DNA of 64,000 nt from a virus, in IMG/VR virus record IMGVR_UViG_3300034980_000132, positions 2,977 to 66,976 of that record; one strand, 5' to 3'. Shown piece by piece: positions 25,947 through 34,958 of the stretch. Under the pieces are notes generated by a model that searched no databases, was not told where the DNA came from, and was given only the letters and a program-made list of their open reading frames with translations. Position numbers and translations under genes: made by a program. Each line of letters begins with the position of its first letter. Within the stretch, counting starts at the first letter, position 1.

Positions 25947-26144
25947 TCAATCTTCCAAGACCTGGAACCTACCTCGGCGGAGGTACTTTCTGGCCTGGAT
26001 CTTGAAGCGATTGCTCGGCAGGTCGTCGGAGTCCATGCGGTCCTGCTTTTCTTGCCGTACAACTGCCACGTCGTGATCGCTGAACTCGTCGCCGAACACG
26101 CCGTCGCCGTCGTAATCTTGCATCAGGACGAAGAGGGTTTTCAT
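25947..26144 (-). CDS. Hypothetical early protein
   Basis: GGAG RBS; MKTLFVLMQD.. Confidence 0.55.
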   Translation of the reverse strand: MKTLFVLMQDYDGDGVFGDEFSDHDVAVVRQEKQDRMDSDDLPSNRFKIQARKYLRRGRFQVLED

Positions 26145-26164
26145 GATATTTCTCCAGGGTTTCC

Positions 26165-26218
26165 AGGGTTTCAGTGGCATCCAGGTCCAGGCCCCGCGAG
26201 GCCCGGTGCTGGAGGTCA
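26165..26218 (-). repeat. Intergenic structured repeat, copy 3
   Basis: 53/54 identical to 25521-25574. Confidence 0.85.
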
Positions 26219-26488
26219 ACCGTTGAGCAATTCAAGGGCCTGTCGAATCCGAAACGCCGCTTCATGGTGTCCCTGCTGGTTTATCCGGCCTTCCAGCATC
26301 TTGATGGCGGCTACCTCGCCAAAATTCTCAAGGGCCAGCCGGAACATCCGCTTGTGGTTGACGGCCTGCCGGACTTCCCGCTGCGTGGTTGTCGTGTTGG
26401 TCATTTTTGAGTCTCCCTCGTTGAACGTGAAACCAAGGTCTGCGAATGCTGCGTCCATGTCTGCGTTGGGGATGCTGTTGGTCGCCAT
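26216..26488 (-). CDS. First gene of the leftward early arm (alternative start 26404)
   Basis: Two in-frame ATGs, each with a GGAG RBS. Confidence 0.55.
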   Translation of the reverse strand: MATNSIPNADMDAAFADLGFTFNEGDSKMTNTTTTQREVRQAVNHKRMFRLALENFGEVAAIKMLEGRINQQGHHEAAFRIRQALELLNG

Positions 26489-26535
26489 CGTTGTCTCCGT
26501 TGTTTGTGTCGTGCCGTGGTTCTCTCACCACACCA

Positions 26536-26563
26536 ATGATACGCATCGGCCAAAGTAAGTCAA
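26536..26563 (-). promoter_or_regulatory. Sigma70-type early promoter
   Basis: TTGACT-N16-TATCAT with an AT-rich upstream element. Confidence 0.6.
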
Positions 26564-27075
26564 GCTCTTGAAGCCATTATTCCATAATTATTTTAGCACT
26601 TGTTTTCAAGGGTCAAACGCTGATTTGTGCCGCCAGTCTTCAGATTTATTCTGGTCAATCGAGTGGAGTTCAGACATTTCACCTCTGGGGATTGCGTGGT
26701 TCATTGGTTCGATGGTCAGTTTGTGCCGTGTTTTATAGGGTTAGTTGGATCAGTTGTACTTGGTTCAGTGGTTCGTTGAGTCGTTGGCTGCCGACCATAA
26801 CCGTGGCCGTGGCCCGTTCACCCCTTGTTTTATAGGCTCAATCGCCCCCGATGCACCCACCTACCCTGGCAATCCCCTGATGCAGGGGGTCCGCTGACCC
26901 ATGGTGTGGGATGGGCGTGCTGTAAGTGCTGTCTCTCGCCCGCCTGCGTCGATGGCCGGGCTGCTGCTGCTGTCTCATTGTGAGAATCGAATCGCGGTTT
27001 CAGGGGGGACCACGTTCCAATTTTGAGACCCGACCCCAGGGTCTCGCGCGGGGGGGAATATAGGTAACCCCCTAC

Positions 27076-27094
27076 CAACAATTATGGTATAATG
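27076..27094 (+). promoter_or_regulatory. Extended -10 promoter (TGGTATAAT) for the rightward packaging/structural arm
   Basis: CAACAATTATGGTATAATG, near-identical to 71-89. Confidence 0.6.
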
Positions 27095-27140
27095 CGATTA
27101 TCCCCCTACCGGTACCTCTATATAACGGTATACTGTATAT

Positions 27141-27413
27141 ATGGCACGCAACTGGACACCACAGACCAAAAGGGACCTAATGGCCAAAAGGCTCAACGGT
27201 AACCTGTGTACCCTATGCGGGGACCCGCAGGACCGAAGGGGCCTTAAGTACTGTGAGTCGTGTTCCCACAAGAAGTCCACGCGCGACAAGAAGGTAAGGG
27301 CCCAAAGGATCGCTGACAAGTTGTGTACCACGTGTGGGAAGAAGCGACCGTTACACGGGTACAAGACATGCACCACATGCCAGGGCCTATGGCCCAAGGA
27401 GCACACATGCTGA
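27141..27413 (+). CDS. Basic zinc-finger protein (four CxxC)
   Basis: CTLC, CESC, CTTC, CTTC. Confidence 0.65.
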   Translation: MARNWTPQTKRDLMAKRLNGNLCTLCGDPQDRRGLKYCESCSHKKSTRDKKVRAQRIADKLCTTCGKKRPLHGYKTCTTCQGLWPKEHTC

Positions 27414-27949
27414 AGGACACACTGTTCGTGACGTCCATTGGTGGAAACGAGGTCAAGTACATACTCGACACAGAGAGCCCTTGCCACGGCGTGGTGTACG
27501 GGAAAGCGAGCCTGATACTCAAGCACACCATGGAGAAGGACACCATAAAGGTCACAGACAAGAAGACCGTCCTCAGCTGGAGGAGGGACGCCACAGGAAC
27601 GGTAGAGCTGTTCTGGGGGTCTGGGGCCCGGTACGACCAACACACGCCCGTGCGCCTCTCTACCCCGTCAGACGCCGCAGAGCTGGTGAGCCTGATAGAC
27701 GCCATATACACTGCCAGCGCCCAGTACGGGCCCCTGGAGTCAGACATCGAGAAGTTGCTGGAGTCCATCGGTGACAAGCTCAAAAAGGACCCCTGGGGCT
27801 CAAAGACCACAGAGGACCCAGAGGTGTACAAGGACTGGACGCCTCAGGACGACGTAGACGAGCAGAGGCAGGAGGCCGACGCCGAAGAGGAGTACGACGA
27901 GGACTACGACGACGACGACGAGGAGGACGAAGATTATGGGACTTATTAG
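27407..27949 (+). CDS. Hypothetical protein with a very acidic C-terminal tail
   Basis: AGGAG RBS; ends EEEYDEDYDDDDEEDEDYGTY. Confidence 0.65.
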   Translation: MLKDTLFVTSIGGNEVKYILDTESPCHGVVYGKASLILKHTMEKDTIKVTDKKTVLSWRRDATGTVELFWGSGARYDQHTPVRLSTPSDAAELVSLIDAIYTASAQYGPLESDIEKLLESIGDKLKKDPWGSKTTEDPEVYKDWTPQDDVDEQRQEADAEEEYDEDYDDDDEEDEDYGTY

Positions 27950-27956
27950 AACTATA

Positions 27957-28103
27957 GTGACTTACACAGCTCCCCCCAGCGCCGGGCTGGCGGCTTTCAC
28001 GGGGATGGTGGCAGCTCTGCACGGTGACGTGAACCTCATGGTCGTGTGCGGTGTGCTGGCAGTGTCGCTCCTGGCGCTAGACATGTGGCTGGGGCGGTCA
28101 TGA
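27957..28103 (+). CDS. Small hydrophobic protein (48 aa, not in ORF track)
   Basis: GTG start, hydrophobic, ATGA-coupled to the next gene. Confidence 0.4.
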   Translation: MTYTAPPSAGLAAFTGMVAALHGDVNLMVVCGVLAVSLLALDMWLGRS

Positions 28104-28459
28104 GCAAAACCCCTGAGATCGAGGACGTACACTACACCACCTCTGGTGACACCCACTATTTCTCGGCAATCACGTTCGTGGACCCAGCAGAGATGATGGT
28201 GAGCCAGATCGGTGGGGTGGACGCACTGGAGGACAAGTTCCGCAGGCTGGAGCTTCAGTGCCTGCTGCACGCCTCCAGGAAGCTCCCTGGGGTCGCCGCC
28301 TTTTCGGTGAAGTTCGAGAGGTTCCGCAAGGCGAGGGACACTGACTCACGGGACCAATTAACCGTTGACATGACGTACATCAGAACCAGCCAGTTCTACG
28401 ACAAGGGAGACAAGTGTGACAACTATAAGCGAGGGACAGGCGCACCTGTTCGAGACTGA
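28100..28459 (+). CDS. Hypothetical protein
   Basis: MSKTPEIED..; phage-like codon usage. Confidence 0.6.
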   Translation: MSKTPEIEDVHYTTSGDTHYFSAITFVDPAEMMVSQIGGVDALEDKFRRLELQCLLHASRKLPGVAAFSVKFERFRKARDTDSRDQLTVDMTYIRTSQFYDKGDKCDNYKRGTGAPVRD

Positions 28460-29186
28460 CAAGTACGACCTGAGGACTGACGCCAAACACGTGATCGCCC
28501 GTAGGCTGGCCAAGGGGAACAAGACCGACGAGTTCTCAAGGGTCAAGAAGGAGATTCGGGCCCAGCTGAAGGACCTGTACGGAGAGGCCCCAGGGAAGGA
28601 CGACATCTTCTACGGGGCAGCCCGGCAGTTCTCGGAGGCGTACCCAGACGAGGGTGAAGCCCCAGACGTGGAGGAGATCGCCAAGAGGAAGCCCGTGCCG
28701 CCCCGGTCGATGGACGAGATCGACGTGGGGGGCATGGACCTAGACAACGTGGACGTGGTGGCGGACGCCAGTTGGGTGTACAGTCACTTGTACGCCAAGG
28801 ACGTCAACAAGGACACGGCACCCAGCCCAGGGGCGTGGGGCCTGTTGCAGTGGGCCAAAACCCACGAGAAGGAGTTCTTTAGCGGGGTTTTCCTCAAGGT
28901 GGTCAAACCCGTGGAGGTGGAAGACGACGTTGCCGTTAAGGCGGAACTAAAGTCTGCCGACAAGCGTCTAAGGCTCGTCAAGCAAATGTTGGCCGAATCG
29001 CGGTCAGAGGTACTAGACCTATTAAACCAGGAGGTGGAAGATGACCAAGAAGCAACAGATGACGGTGTGGACCCCCGAGGGCCTGATGACACTGACTCAG
29101 GCGTCGAAGAGGTCGGGGCTGCCGGAGCACGTGATCGAGAACCGGGTGAACGCGGGTTGGAGGGACACGGCGATACTGGCACCTAG
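28416..29186 (+). CDS. Hypothetical protein, candidate terminase small subunit
   Basis: Position just upstream of terL; WVYSHL..APSPGAWGLLQWA motif; function inferred from position only. Confidence 0.5.
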   Translation: MTTISEGQAHLFETDKYDLRTDAKHVIARRLAKGNKTDEFSRVKKEIRAQLKDLYGEAPGKDDIFYGAARQFSEAYPDEGEAPDVEEIAKRKPVPPRSMDEIDVGGMDLDNVDVVADASWVYSHLYAKDVNKDTAPSPGAWGLLQWAKTHEKEFFSGVFLKVVKPVEVEDDVAVKAELKSADKRLRLVKQMLAESRSEVLDLLNQEVEDDQEATDDGVDPRGPDDTDSGVEEVGAAGARDREPGERGLEGHGDTGT

Positions 29187-29223
29187 GGGGTGCCTGAATG
29201 AGGAGGACGCTCCGTGTCGGTGA
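29041..29223 (+). CDS. Small HTH-like protein overlapping the previous gene
   Basis: GGAGG RBS; TLTQAS..SGL....I..RV.AGW pattern like HNH-associated DNA-binding motifs. Confidence 0.55.
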   Translation: MTKKQQMTVWTPEGLMTLTQASKRSGLPEHVIENRVNAGWRDTAILAPRGCLNEEDAPCR

Positions 29224-31079
29224 GGTACCCAGTTGAGAAGAACTTCCACGCCAACCTGTGGCTAAGGCAGAAGCTGATACGGGAGGCTGCCGGTGACGTG
29301 CAGCTCCAGCAGGACCTCATGGACATCTGCCGTGAGGACATCCACTTCTTCTTTCATCACTTCGTGACTCTGTACGAGCCCCGCAACGAGATGAAGGAGC
29401 TGCCTTTCATTGTGTGGCCTCACCAAGTCGAGGTCATCGACGCCATGCAGCAGGCGATACGAGAGGGAGAAGATTTCGGCCTGGAGAAATCCCGCGGCGA
29501 GGGTGCGTCGTGGATGAGCATCCTGGTGTTCTTTCACTCGTGGCTGTTCTCTGAGGATCAGGTGAAGTTCACCATCGTGACCAGGAACGAGGAGACCGTT
29601 GACGCCAGGGACGACATGGACGCACTGATGCCGAAGCTGGACTTCGTGCTCGACCGACTCCCTGGGTGGATGGCACCTCCCTTCACGCGGTCCCACTCTA
29701 AGCACTCTCTGCTTAACCACAACACCAAGAGCACGATCATCGGGTACTCCACAACCGGGGACGTGGCGTCTGGTGGACGTGCCACCGCCATGCTCCTTGA
29801 CGAGCTGTCCAAGTTCCCACGCGGACAGGACTACGAGGCGATGGCGAGCACACAGCACGTCACCAACAGCAGGTTCCTGGTGAGCACGTACAAGGGAAAC
29901 AGCGGTGCGTTCTTCGAGGCCATGAACGGCGACAGCTCCATGATCCGTAAAACGCTCACGTGGGAGGACAACCCCACCCGCAACAGGGGCCTGTACACCG
30001 TGGAGGGCGGGCAGCTGGTGGAGAACGACCCCAGCAACCCCCTACCGGACGGTTACAGAGAGAGGGCCAAGGACCTACTCCCCAGGCTGGCCAACCGCGG
30101 GTACCAGATCGGTGACAAGGTCAGGAGCCCGTGGTACGACAAGCAGTGCCTGAGGGTGGGTGCCACCCCCTCGAACATCGCTGAAGAGCTTGACAGGGAC
30201 CCCACGAGGGCCGGATCGAGCTATTTCGACCCAGAGATGATGGATCGGCTGTTGAGGGACTGCGTGAACCCCATGCACGAGGGAGACTTCATATACTCCC
30301 AAACAGACGGCCAAACCACACCATCACGGTTCAAACAGCGAAAAGGAGGCGCTTTCCGCCTCTGGGGGCCCCTTTTGACCAACGGGGCACTTGACCCAGA
30401 CACCGACTATGTTATAGGGGTGGACATCGCGGCGGGGGGCGGTGGGGTGCAGGCCTCCAACAGCGCCCTGTGTGTGGCTTCCATAAAGACCCGCCAGAAG
30501 GTGGCGGCGTTCGCAAGCCCTGCCATGATGCCTCATGAGTTCGCCCGGCTGTGCTACTACGTCGGCCACTGGCTCAAGGGGCACAGCGGGCCCGCACTGA
30601 TCATACATGAGTCCAACGGACCCACGGGTGCCCAGTTCGGTCGCACCATACTGGAGATGGGTTACCCCAACCTGTACCGCCGGAAGGACGAGACCAAGAT
30701 GTACGGTAAGACCCAGGCTAAGGTGGGGCTCCACAACCAGGGGGAGACCAGGGGGCTGCTGTACGGGGGTTACGGAGACGCTCTGTCACGAGGGGACTTC
30801 GTGAACCTGGACCGGCAGTGCCTTGGAGAGCTGAAGTTCTACCAGCACGCCCCAGGAGGGGGGATCGTGCATGTGTCTGAGGCCAACACCAAGGACCCCA
30901 GCGGTGCCAGCCACAACCACGGTGACCGAGCGACATCTGCGGCCCTGGCCAACTGGGGCCTGAAGTCGTACCCTGAGAACAAGAAAAAAGTCAAAGTAAC
31001 GTCGGAGGTCCCCGTGGGGAGCTTTCAGTGGAGGAGGGACGAGGCCAAGAACGCCAAAAAGGAGAAAACTTACTGGTAA
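29214..31079 (+). CDS. terL: Terminase large subunit
   Basis: WPHQ, Walker A EKSRGEGASW, Walker B MLLDE, coupling VST, nuclease IGVDIA..HESNG..HGDR. Confidence 0.92.
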   Translation: MSVRYPVEKNFHANLWLRQKLIREAAGDVQLQQDLMDICREDIHFFFHHFVTLYEPRNEMKELPFIVWPHQVEVIDAMQQAIREGEDFGLEKSRGEGASWMSILVFFHSWLFSEDQVKFTIVTRNEETVDARDDMDALMPKLDFVLDRLPGWMAPPFTRSHSKHSLLNHNTKSTIIGYSTTGDVASGGRATAMLLDELSKFPRGQDYEAMASTQHVTNSRFLVSTYKGNSGAFFEAMNGDSSMIRKTLTWEDNPTRNRGLYTVEGGQLVENDPSNPLPDGYRERAKDLLPRLANRGYQIGDKVRSPWYDKQCLRVGATPSNIAEELDRDPTRAGSSYFDPEMMDRLLRDCVNPMHEGDFIYSQTDGQTTPSRFKQRKGGAFRLWGPLLTNGALDPDTDYVIGVDIAAGGGGVQASNSALCVASIKTRQKVAAFASPAMMPHEFARLCYYVGHWLKGHSGPALIIHESNGPTGAQFGRTILEMGYPNLYRRKDETKMYGKTQAKVGLHNQGETRGLLYGGYGDALSRGDFVNLDRQCLGELKFYQHAPGGGIVHVSEANTKDPSGASHNHGDRATSAALANWGLKSYPENKKKVKVTSEVPVGSFQWRRDEAKNAKKEKTYW

Positions 31080-31180
31080 TAGGAGGATTACCGCTAAAAA
31101 GTACTTGTGGTGAAGATTGAATTCTGCTAAAATGGCAAACTGACGTCAAGACTTCTCTCACTAACCCACAGGGCACTATT

Positions 31181-31360
31181 ATGTACCACAAATCCAGCGG
31201 ACGCGGAAACGGAAACGGAAACGTAGACTCTAAGATGAAAGCCCTCGCTCGCGGCGTGGCCTCGTCTCAGGGAGGCACCCACGGCAGTAGCGAATCTTTT
31301 GATAAGAACCGTGGCTCTGATAAGGGTGGATCTAATGCCCCCAACAAGAAGAATGGCTGA
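31181..31360 (+). CDS. Small Gly/Ser/Asn/Lys-rich protein (59 aa, not in ORF track)
   Basis: MYHKSSGRGNGNGN..; followed by a terminator-like hairpin. Confidence 0.45.
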   Translation: MYHKSSGRGNGNGNVDSKMKALARGVASSQGGTHGSSESFDKNRGSDKGGSNAPNKKNG

Positions 31361-31383
31361 GTCCGTCTTCTTGTTGACGTGAT

Positions 31384-31405
31384 GGGGCCTCGCGGCCCCT
31401 TTCTC
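31384..31405 (+). terminator. Terminator-like hairpin
   Basis: GGGGCC-TCGC-GGCCCC followed by TTTCT. Confidence 0.55.
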
Positions 31406-31431
31406 TACCCTTATTCTACGGGCGCTTGAGC

Positions 31432-33186
31432 ATGGTTGATCTTTCAGAAAAGAAATTGGCTCGCCTCCGAAAGGCGATGACGTTTTCTAGCAAGAAGCTA
31501 CAGCCATTCCGCCGGGCACGGTTTGATGCCTACAAGCAGTTTGTGGGAGCTAACTACTCTGACGACGGTGCATCCCAGAAGATGCCTGTCAACATGCTGG
31601 AGTTAGCGACTAGCATCTACCTGCGGCAGCTCGCATCGGCTAACCCTCGTGTCAATCTTACGACGCGGGACAAGTCGCTGCGGCCTACGGCAATGAAGCT
31701 CGAAGCCGCCCTCAATCACCTAATCGAGGAGGTGAACCTCGGTGATAGCCTACAGCGTGTTGTGCAAGACGCGCTGTTTTCTGTTGGCATCATGAAGGTG
31801 GGATTGGAGGTGAGGGACGTAGAGGGTGAGTTGGGGATCACTCACGATGCAGGACAACCTTTTGCTGATCCTGTCAGCTTGGACGATTGGGTCCATGACA
31901 TGACAGCCACAACGTGGAACCACGTCACTTTTTGTGGCAACCGTTACCGGGTCCCCACTGACTGGCTCAGAGAGCAACAGGACCTCGGGGTAAGCCCCGA
32001 CAAGATCAAGCCCACCGACAAGACGTCGGCAGCCGCCGATGGCGGAAGCGACAGCAAGGGCATTGACTCTATATCTCTAGGGAGCAACGCCAGCGTCGAG
32101 GAGTTCGAGGAACACACCGACCTGTGGGACATCTGGCTCCCCCGCGACAACGTAATCGTTACCCTCCTGAAGGACAGTGAGGGACCTCCGGTGTTCGTCA
32201 AGGAGTGGAACGGACCCGAGCGCGGACCATTCCATTTGTTCGGGTTCACAGACGTCCCCGGCAACACCATGCCACTGTCGCCCGTGTCGGCGTGGGTGGA
32301 CCTAAACGATCTAGCCAACCGCCTGTGGCGTAAGCTGGGCCGTCAGTCAGAGCGACAGAAGACAGTGCTGGGCGTGCAGGGTCACGCGCAGGCGGACGGA
32401 CAGAGAATCATTGAGGCCTCCGACGGAGAGGCCATCTCAACCGAGAACCCCGACGGGGTTCGCGAATACCGTTTTGGAGGGCCCGACAACAATGTCCACG
32501 GATTTAGTCTCAACGTGCTTGATCGTCTCGGTTATCACATGGGCGGTCTCGATGTCCTTGGTGGGTTGGCTCCGGCCTCAGGGACGGTGGGGCAAGATAA
32601 AATGCTCAAAGAATCGTCCTCTACACGAATGCAGTCCATGCAAGAACAAGTGACCCGGTTCGCCGAGAAGGTGGTGCAGGACATCGCTTTGTACTTGTAC
32701 GAAGACCCGTTGATAGAGCTGCCTCTGAGCAAGTACATCCCAGAGGCAGACTTCACGTACGACTTCACGTGGACGCCAGAGCAGCGAGAGGGAGACTTCC
32801 TTAACTACAACATAAAGATCGACCCCTTCAGCATGAAGGCGCAGTCGCCTTCCGAGAAGCTGTCACAGCTAACGGACCTGCTGATGAACATTGTGTTGCC
32901 GGGTCAGCAGATGTTCGTTGAGCAGGGTGGACGGATCGACCTGCAAGAGTACATTAAGATGGTAGCGAAGTACTCCAACCTGCCGGAGATCGAGTCCATC
33001 GTTGTGTTCGACGACGAGCCGATTGAGCGGGGAGGCGGTCCCCCCGCCAGCGATCCTAACGGAGGGACGTACGAGCACGTGTCCACTGGGTCATCACAGA
33101 CACCCGGAAGCCAGAGGGCGGCGACATCACAAGACCTCATGAGCAACACACAGCCCCCGTCGCAACCTAACACCCAGCAGCAATGA
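31432..33186 (+). CDS. Portal protein (podovirus-like)
   Basis: About 584 aa directly after terL; DALF.VGIMKVG, FNYNIKIDPFS-like motifs; Q/P-rich C-terminal tail. Confidence 0.8.
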   Translation: MVDLSEKKLARLRKAMTFSSKKLQPFRRARFDAYKQFVGANYSDDGASQKMPVNMLELATSIYLRQLASANPRVNLTTRDKSLRPTAMKLEAALNHLIEEVNLGDSLQRVVQDALFSVGIMKVGLEVRDVEGELGITHDAGQPFADPVSLDDWVHDMTATTWNHVTFCGNRYRVPTDWLREQQDLGVSPDKIKPTDKTSAAADGGSDSKGIDSISLGSNASVEEFEEHTDLWDIWLPRDNVIVTLLKDSEGPPVFVKEWNGPERGPFHLFGFTDVPGNTMPLSPVSAWVDLNDLANRLWRKLGRQSERQKTVLGVQGHAQADGQRIIEASDGEAISTENPDGVREYRFGGPDNNVHGFSLNVLDRLGYHMGGLDVLGGLAPASGTVGQDKMLKESSSTRMQSMQEQVTRFAEKVVQDIALYLYEDPLIELPLSKYIPEADFTYDFTWTPEQREGDFLNYNIKIDPFSMKAQSPSEKLSQLTDLLMNIVLPGQQMFVEQGGRIDLQEYIKMVAKYSNLPEIESIVVFDDEPIERGGGPPASDPNGGTYEHVSTGSSQTPGSQRAATSQDLMSNTQPPSQPNTQQQ

Positions 33187-33202
33187 CCAAGGGAGACTAA
33201 CC

Positions 33203-33583
33203 GTGGCCAAGTACCTTTACCGAGACGACGACGATAATCTGGTGGAGATCGAGAGGACCCTGGAAGAGATCCTGGAGAATCCGCACTACGCCAGCAAGGA
33301 CGGCAAGGACCTACAGAGGGACGTCACGGCGGAGCTGGACAGGGACGGAAAGTCGGCGAGTATGAGCCAGCCTCGCAAGGGAATCCCCAAGTGGCCGATC
33401 TACTCGGACGCCGCGGGGATCAACCCCGCCCAAGCTAAGCAGGCACACGACCACTTGGCGATGCACGGAGTGAAGACTGACTACACGAGCACCGGAGAAG
33501 CGATCTTCCGGTCACGCGGCCACCGCAAGGCCCACCTGAAGGCCATGGGGCTGGTTGACCGCAACGGCGGATACGGAGACTGA
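33203..33583 (+). CDS. Head-module hypothetical protein
   Basis: Between portal and scaffold; WPIYSDAAGINP.. Confidence 0.65.
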   Translation: MAKYLYRDDDDNLVEIERTLEEILENPHYASKDGKDLQRDVTAELDRDGKSASMSQPRKGIPKWPIYSDAAGINPAQAKQAHDHLAMHGVKTDYTSTGEAIFRSRGHRKAHLKAMGLVDRNGGYGD

Positions 33584-33617
33584 CCAAGAGACTAAACTCG
33601 ACCAAAGGACCAACACA

Positions 33618-34565
33618 ATGTCTGACGAACAACTCAATGATGAAATCCCGGAAGAAGGCGTAGAAGAGCCCGGTCTGTTTGATTACACAGACGAGAGCGA
33701 GAGCACAACCGACGCTGGCGAGCAGTACCGCCGAGGCGACTCCGACTCCTCGTCCGACGACGACTACGACGGCCCATTTAGCCAGGACCTCAGGACGCTG
33801 GCGAAGAGCTACGACATGTCGGACGACGACCTTAGCCAGTTCGATACTCCCGACCAGCTTCGTGCGGCGATGACCTTGATGGACAAGGCCTACACGTCGA
33901 ACTCGGAAGATATTCATCCAGATGACGTAGAAGTAACGTATACTGACGATACTCCGAGGAAGAAGTTGTTCGAGCACTCGGACCTGGGGATCGACGAGAA
34001 CGCATTTGAGCCAGAGGCTGTTACCCTGTTTCAGAAGCTGCAAGACCGGGACAACGCTAGGGTCGATCAGCTGAACCAGATGGCTGAAGACCTTGAGAAC
34101 ATGAAGGGTATCCACGTAGACCACGCTGAACGTCAGCAGATGGAACAGACGATGAGGTTCCAGCAGGACATGGACGCCTTCTTCCAGAGCCTGGAGGGTT
34201 TTGAGGATGTGTTCGGCGTGGAGAACATAGCCGACGTTCCCGGCGGAAGCCCAAAGTACAACAACCGGATGGAGCTGGTTCGAGAGATGGACGCACTGGT
34301 TGTGTCTGACCGGCACATGGGCAGGAGCTTCTCTGTGGCCGAGATCCAGCAGAGGGCCCTGAGGCTGCTGCACGGCGACCGCATGCAAGAGGGCGCGCGG
34401 GCGGAGATCCGCAGTCAGGTGAACAAGCGACGAGGGACAGCCAGACCCACGAACCGACAAGGCGACGGTCTGTCAGGCGAGGAAAGAGCACGCAAGAAGT
34501 TGAACGATAAGTACCGAGAATTGGGATTTGACCTTACACCAGTAAGAGACTCCAGCGACTTCTAG
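33618..34565 (+). CDS. Putative capsid scaffolding protein
   Basis: Very acidic N-terminus, coiled-coil core, basic C-terminus; upstream of the capsid gene. Confidence 0.7.
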   Translation: MSDEQLNDEIPEEGVEEPGLFDYTDESESTTDAGEQYRRGDSDSSSDDDYDGPFSQDLRTLAKSYDMSDDDLSQFDTPDQLRAAMTLMDKAYTSNSEDIHPDDVEVTYTDDTPRKKLFEHSDLGIDENAFEPEAVTLFQKLQDRDNARVDQLNQMAEDLENMKGIHVDHAERQQMEQTMRFQQDMDAFFQSLEGFEDVFGVENIADVPGGSPKYNNRMELVREMDALVVSDRHMGRSFSVAEIQQRALRLLHGDRMQEGARAEIRSQVNKRRGTARPTNRQGDGLSGEERARKKLNDKYRELGFDLTPVRDSSDF

Positions 34566-34574
34566 GTAAGTTCG

Positions 34575-34844
34575 GTGACAGCCACCATCAAGTGCGATGC
34601 GTGCGGAGATGTGAAGCCACGGGTCCAATTTGACGGGGACGACCAACTAATAGACGAAGGAAATTTGTTCTGTAGCGCGGCGTGCGCTAAGAACTATAGG
34701 CGAGCATCCTTCGGGATGCCGCATAAAGACACTGGGCTAAAAAGATGCGCTCAGTGTAATACGGTTAAAAGATGGTCGGCGTTCAGGAAGCTAGAACCAG
34801 AGTGCCGACAGTGCCGGGCGAAACGAGAGACAAAGTCCTCGTAG
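34575..34844 (+). CDS. Zinc-finger hypothetical protein
   Basis: CDAC, FCSAAC, CAQC, CRQC. Confidence 0.55.
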   Translation: MTATIKCDACGDVKPRVQFDGDDQLIDEGNLFCSAACAKNYRRASFGMPHKDTGLKRCAQCNTVKRWSAFRKLEPECRQCRAKRETKSS

Positions 34845-34958
34845 TGCCCAAGAGTTTCCGTACCCCCTCGGCTTCGCGGGGGTACGAGCGCTGACGAGAC
34901 ACAGTCCGTCAGTTAGAAGCAGTACAACACCTTAGGCCTATACGAAAAGGAACGTATC

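Noticed and set aside
34890-34915. CTGACGA resembling a hammerhead ribozyme core
   Set aside because: No GAAA after stem II; the sequence closes as a simple CTGACG/CGTCAG hairpin.
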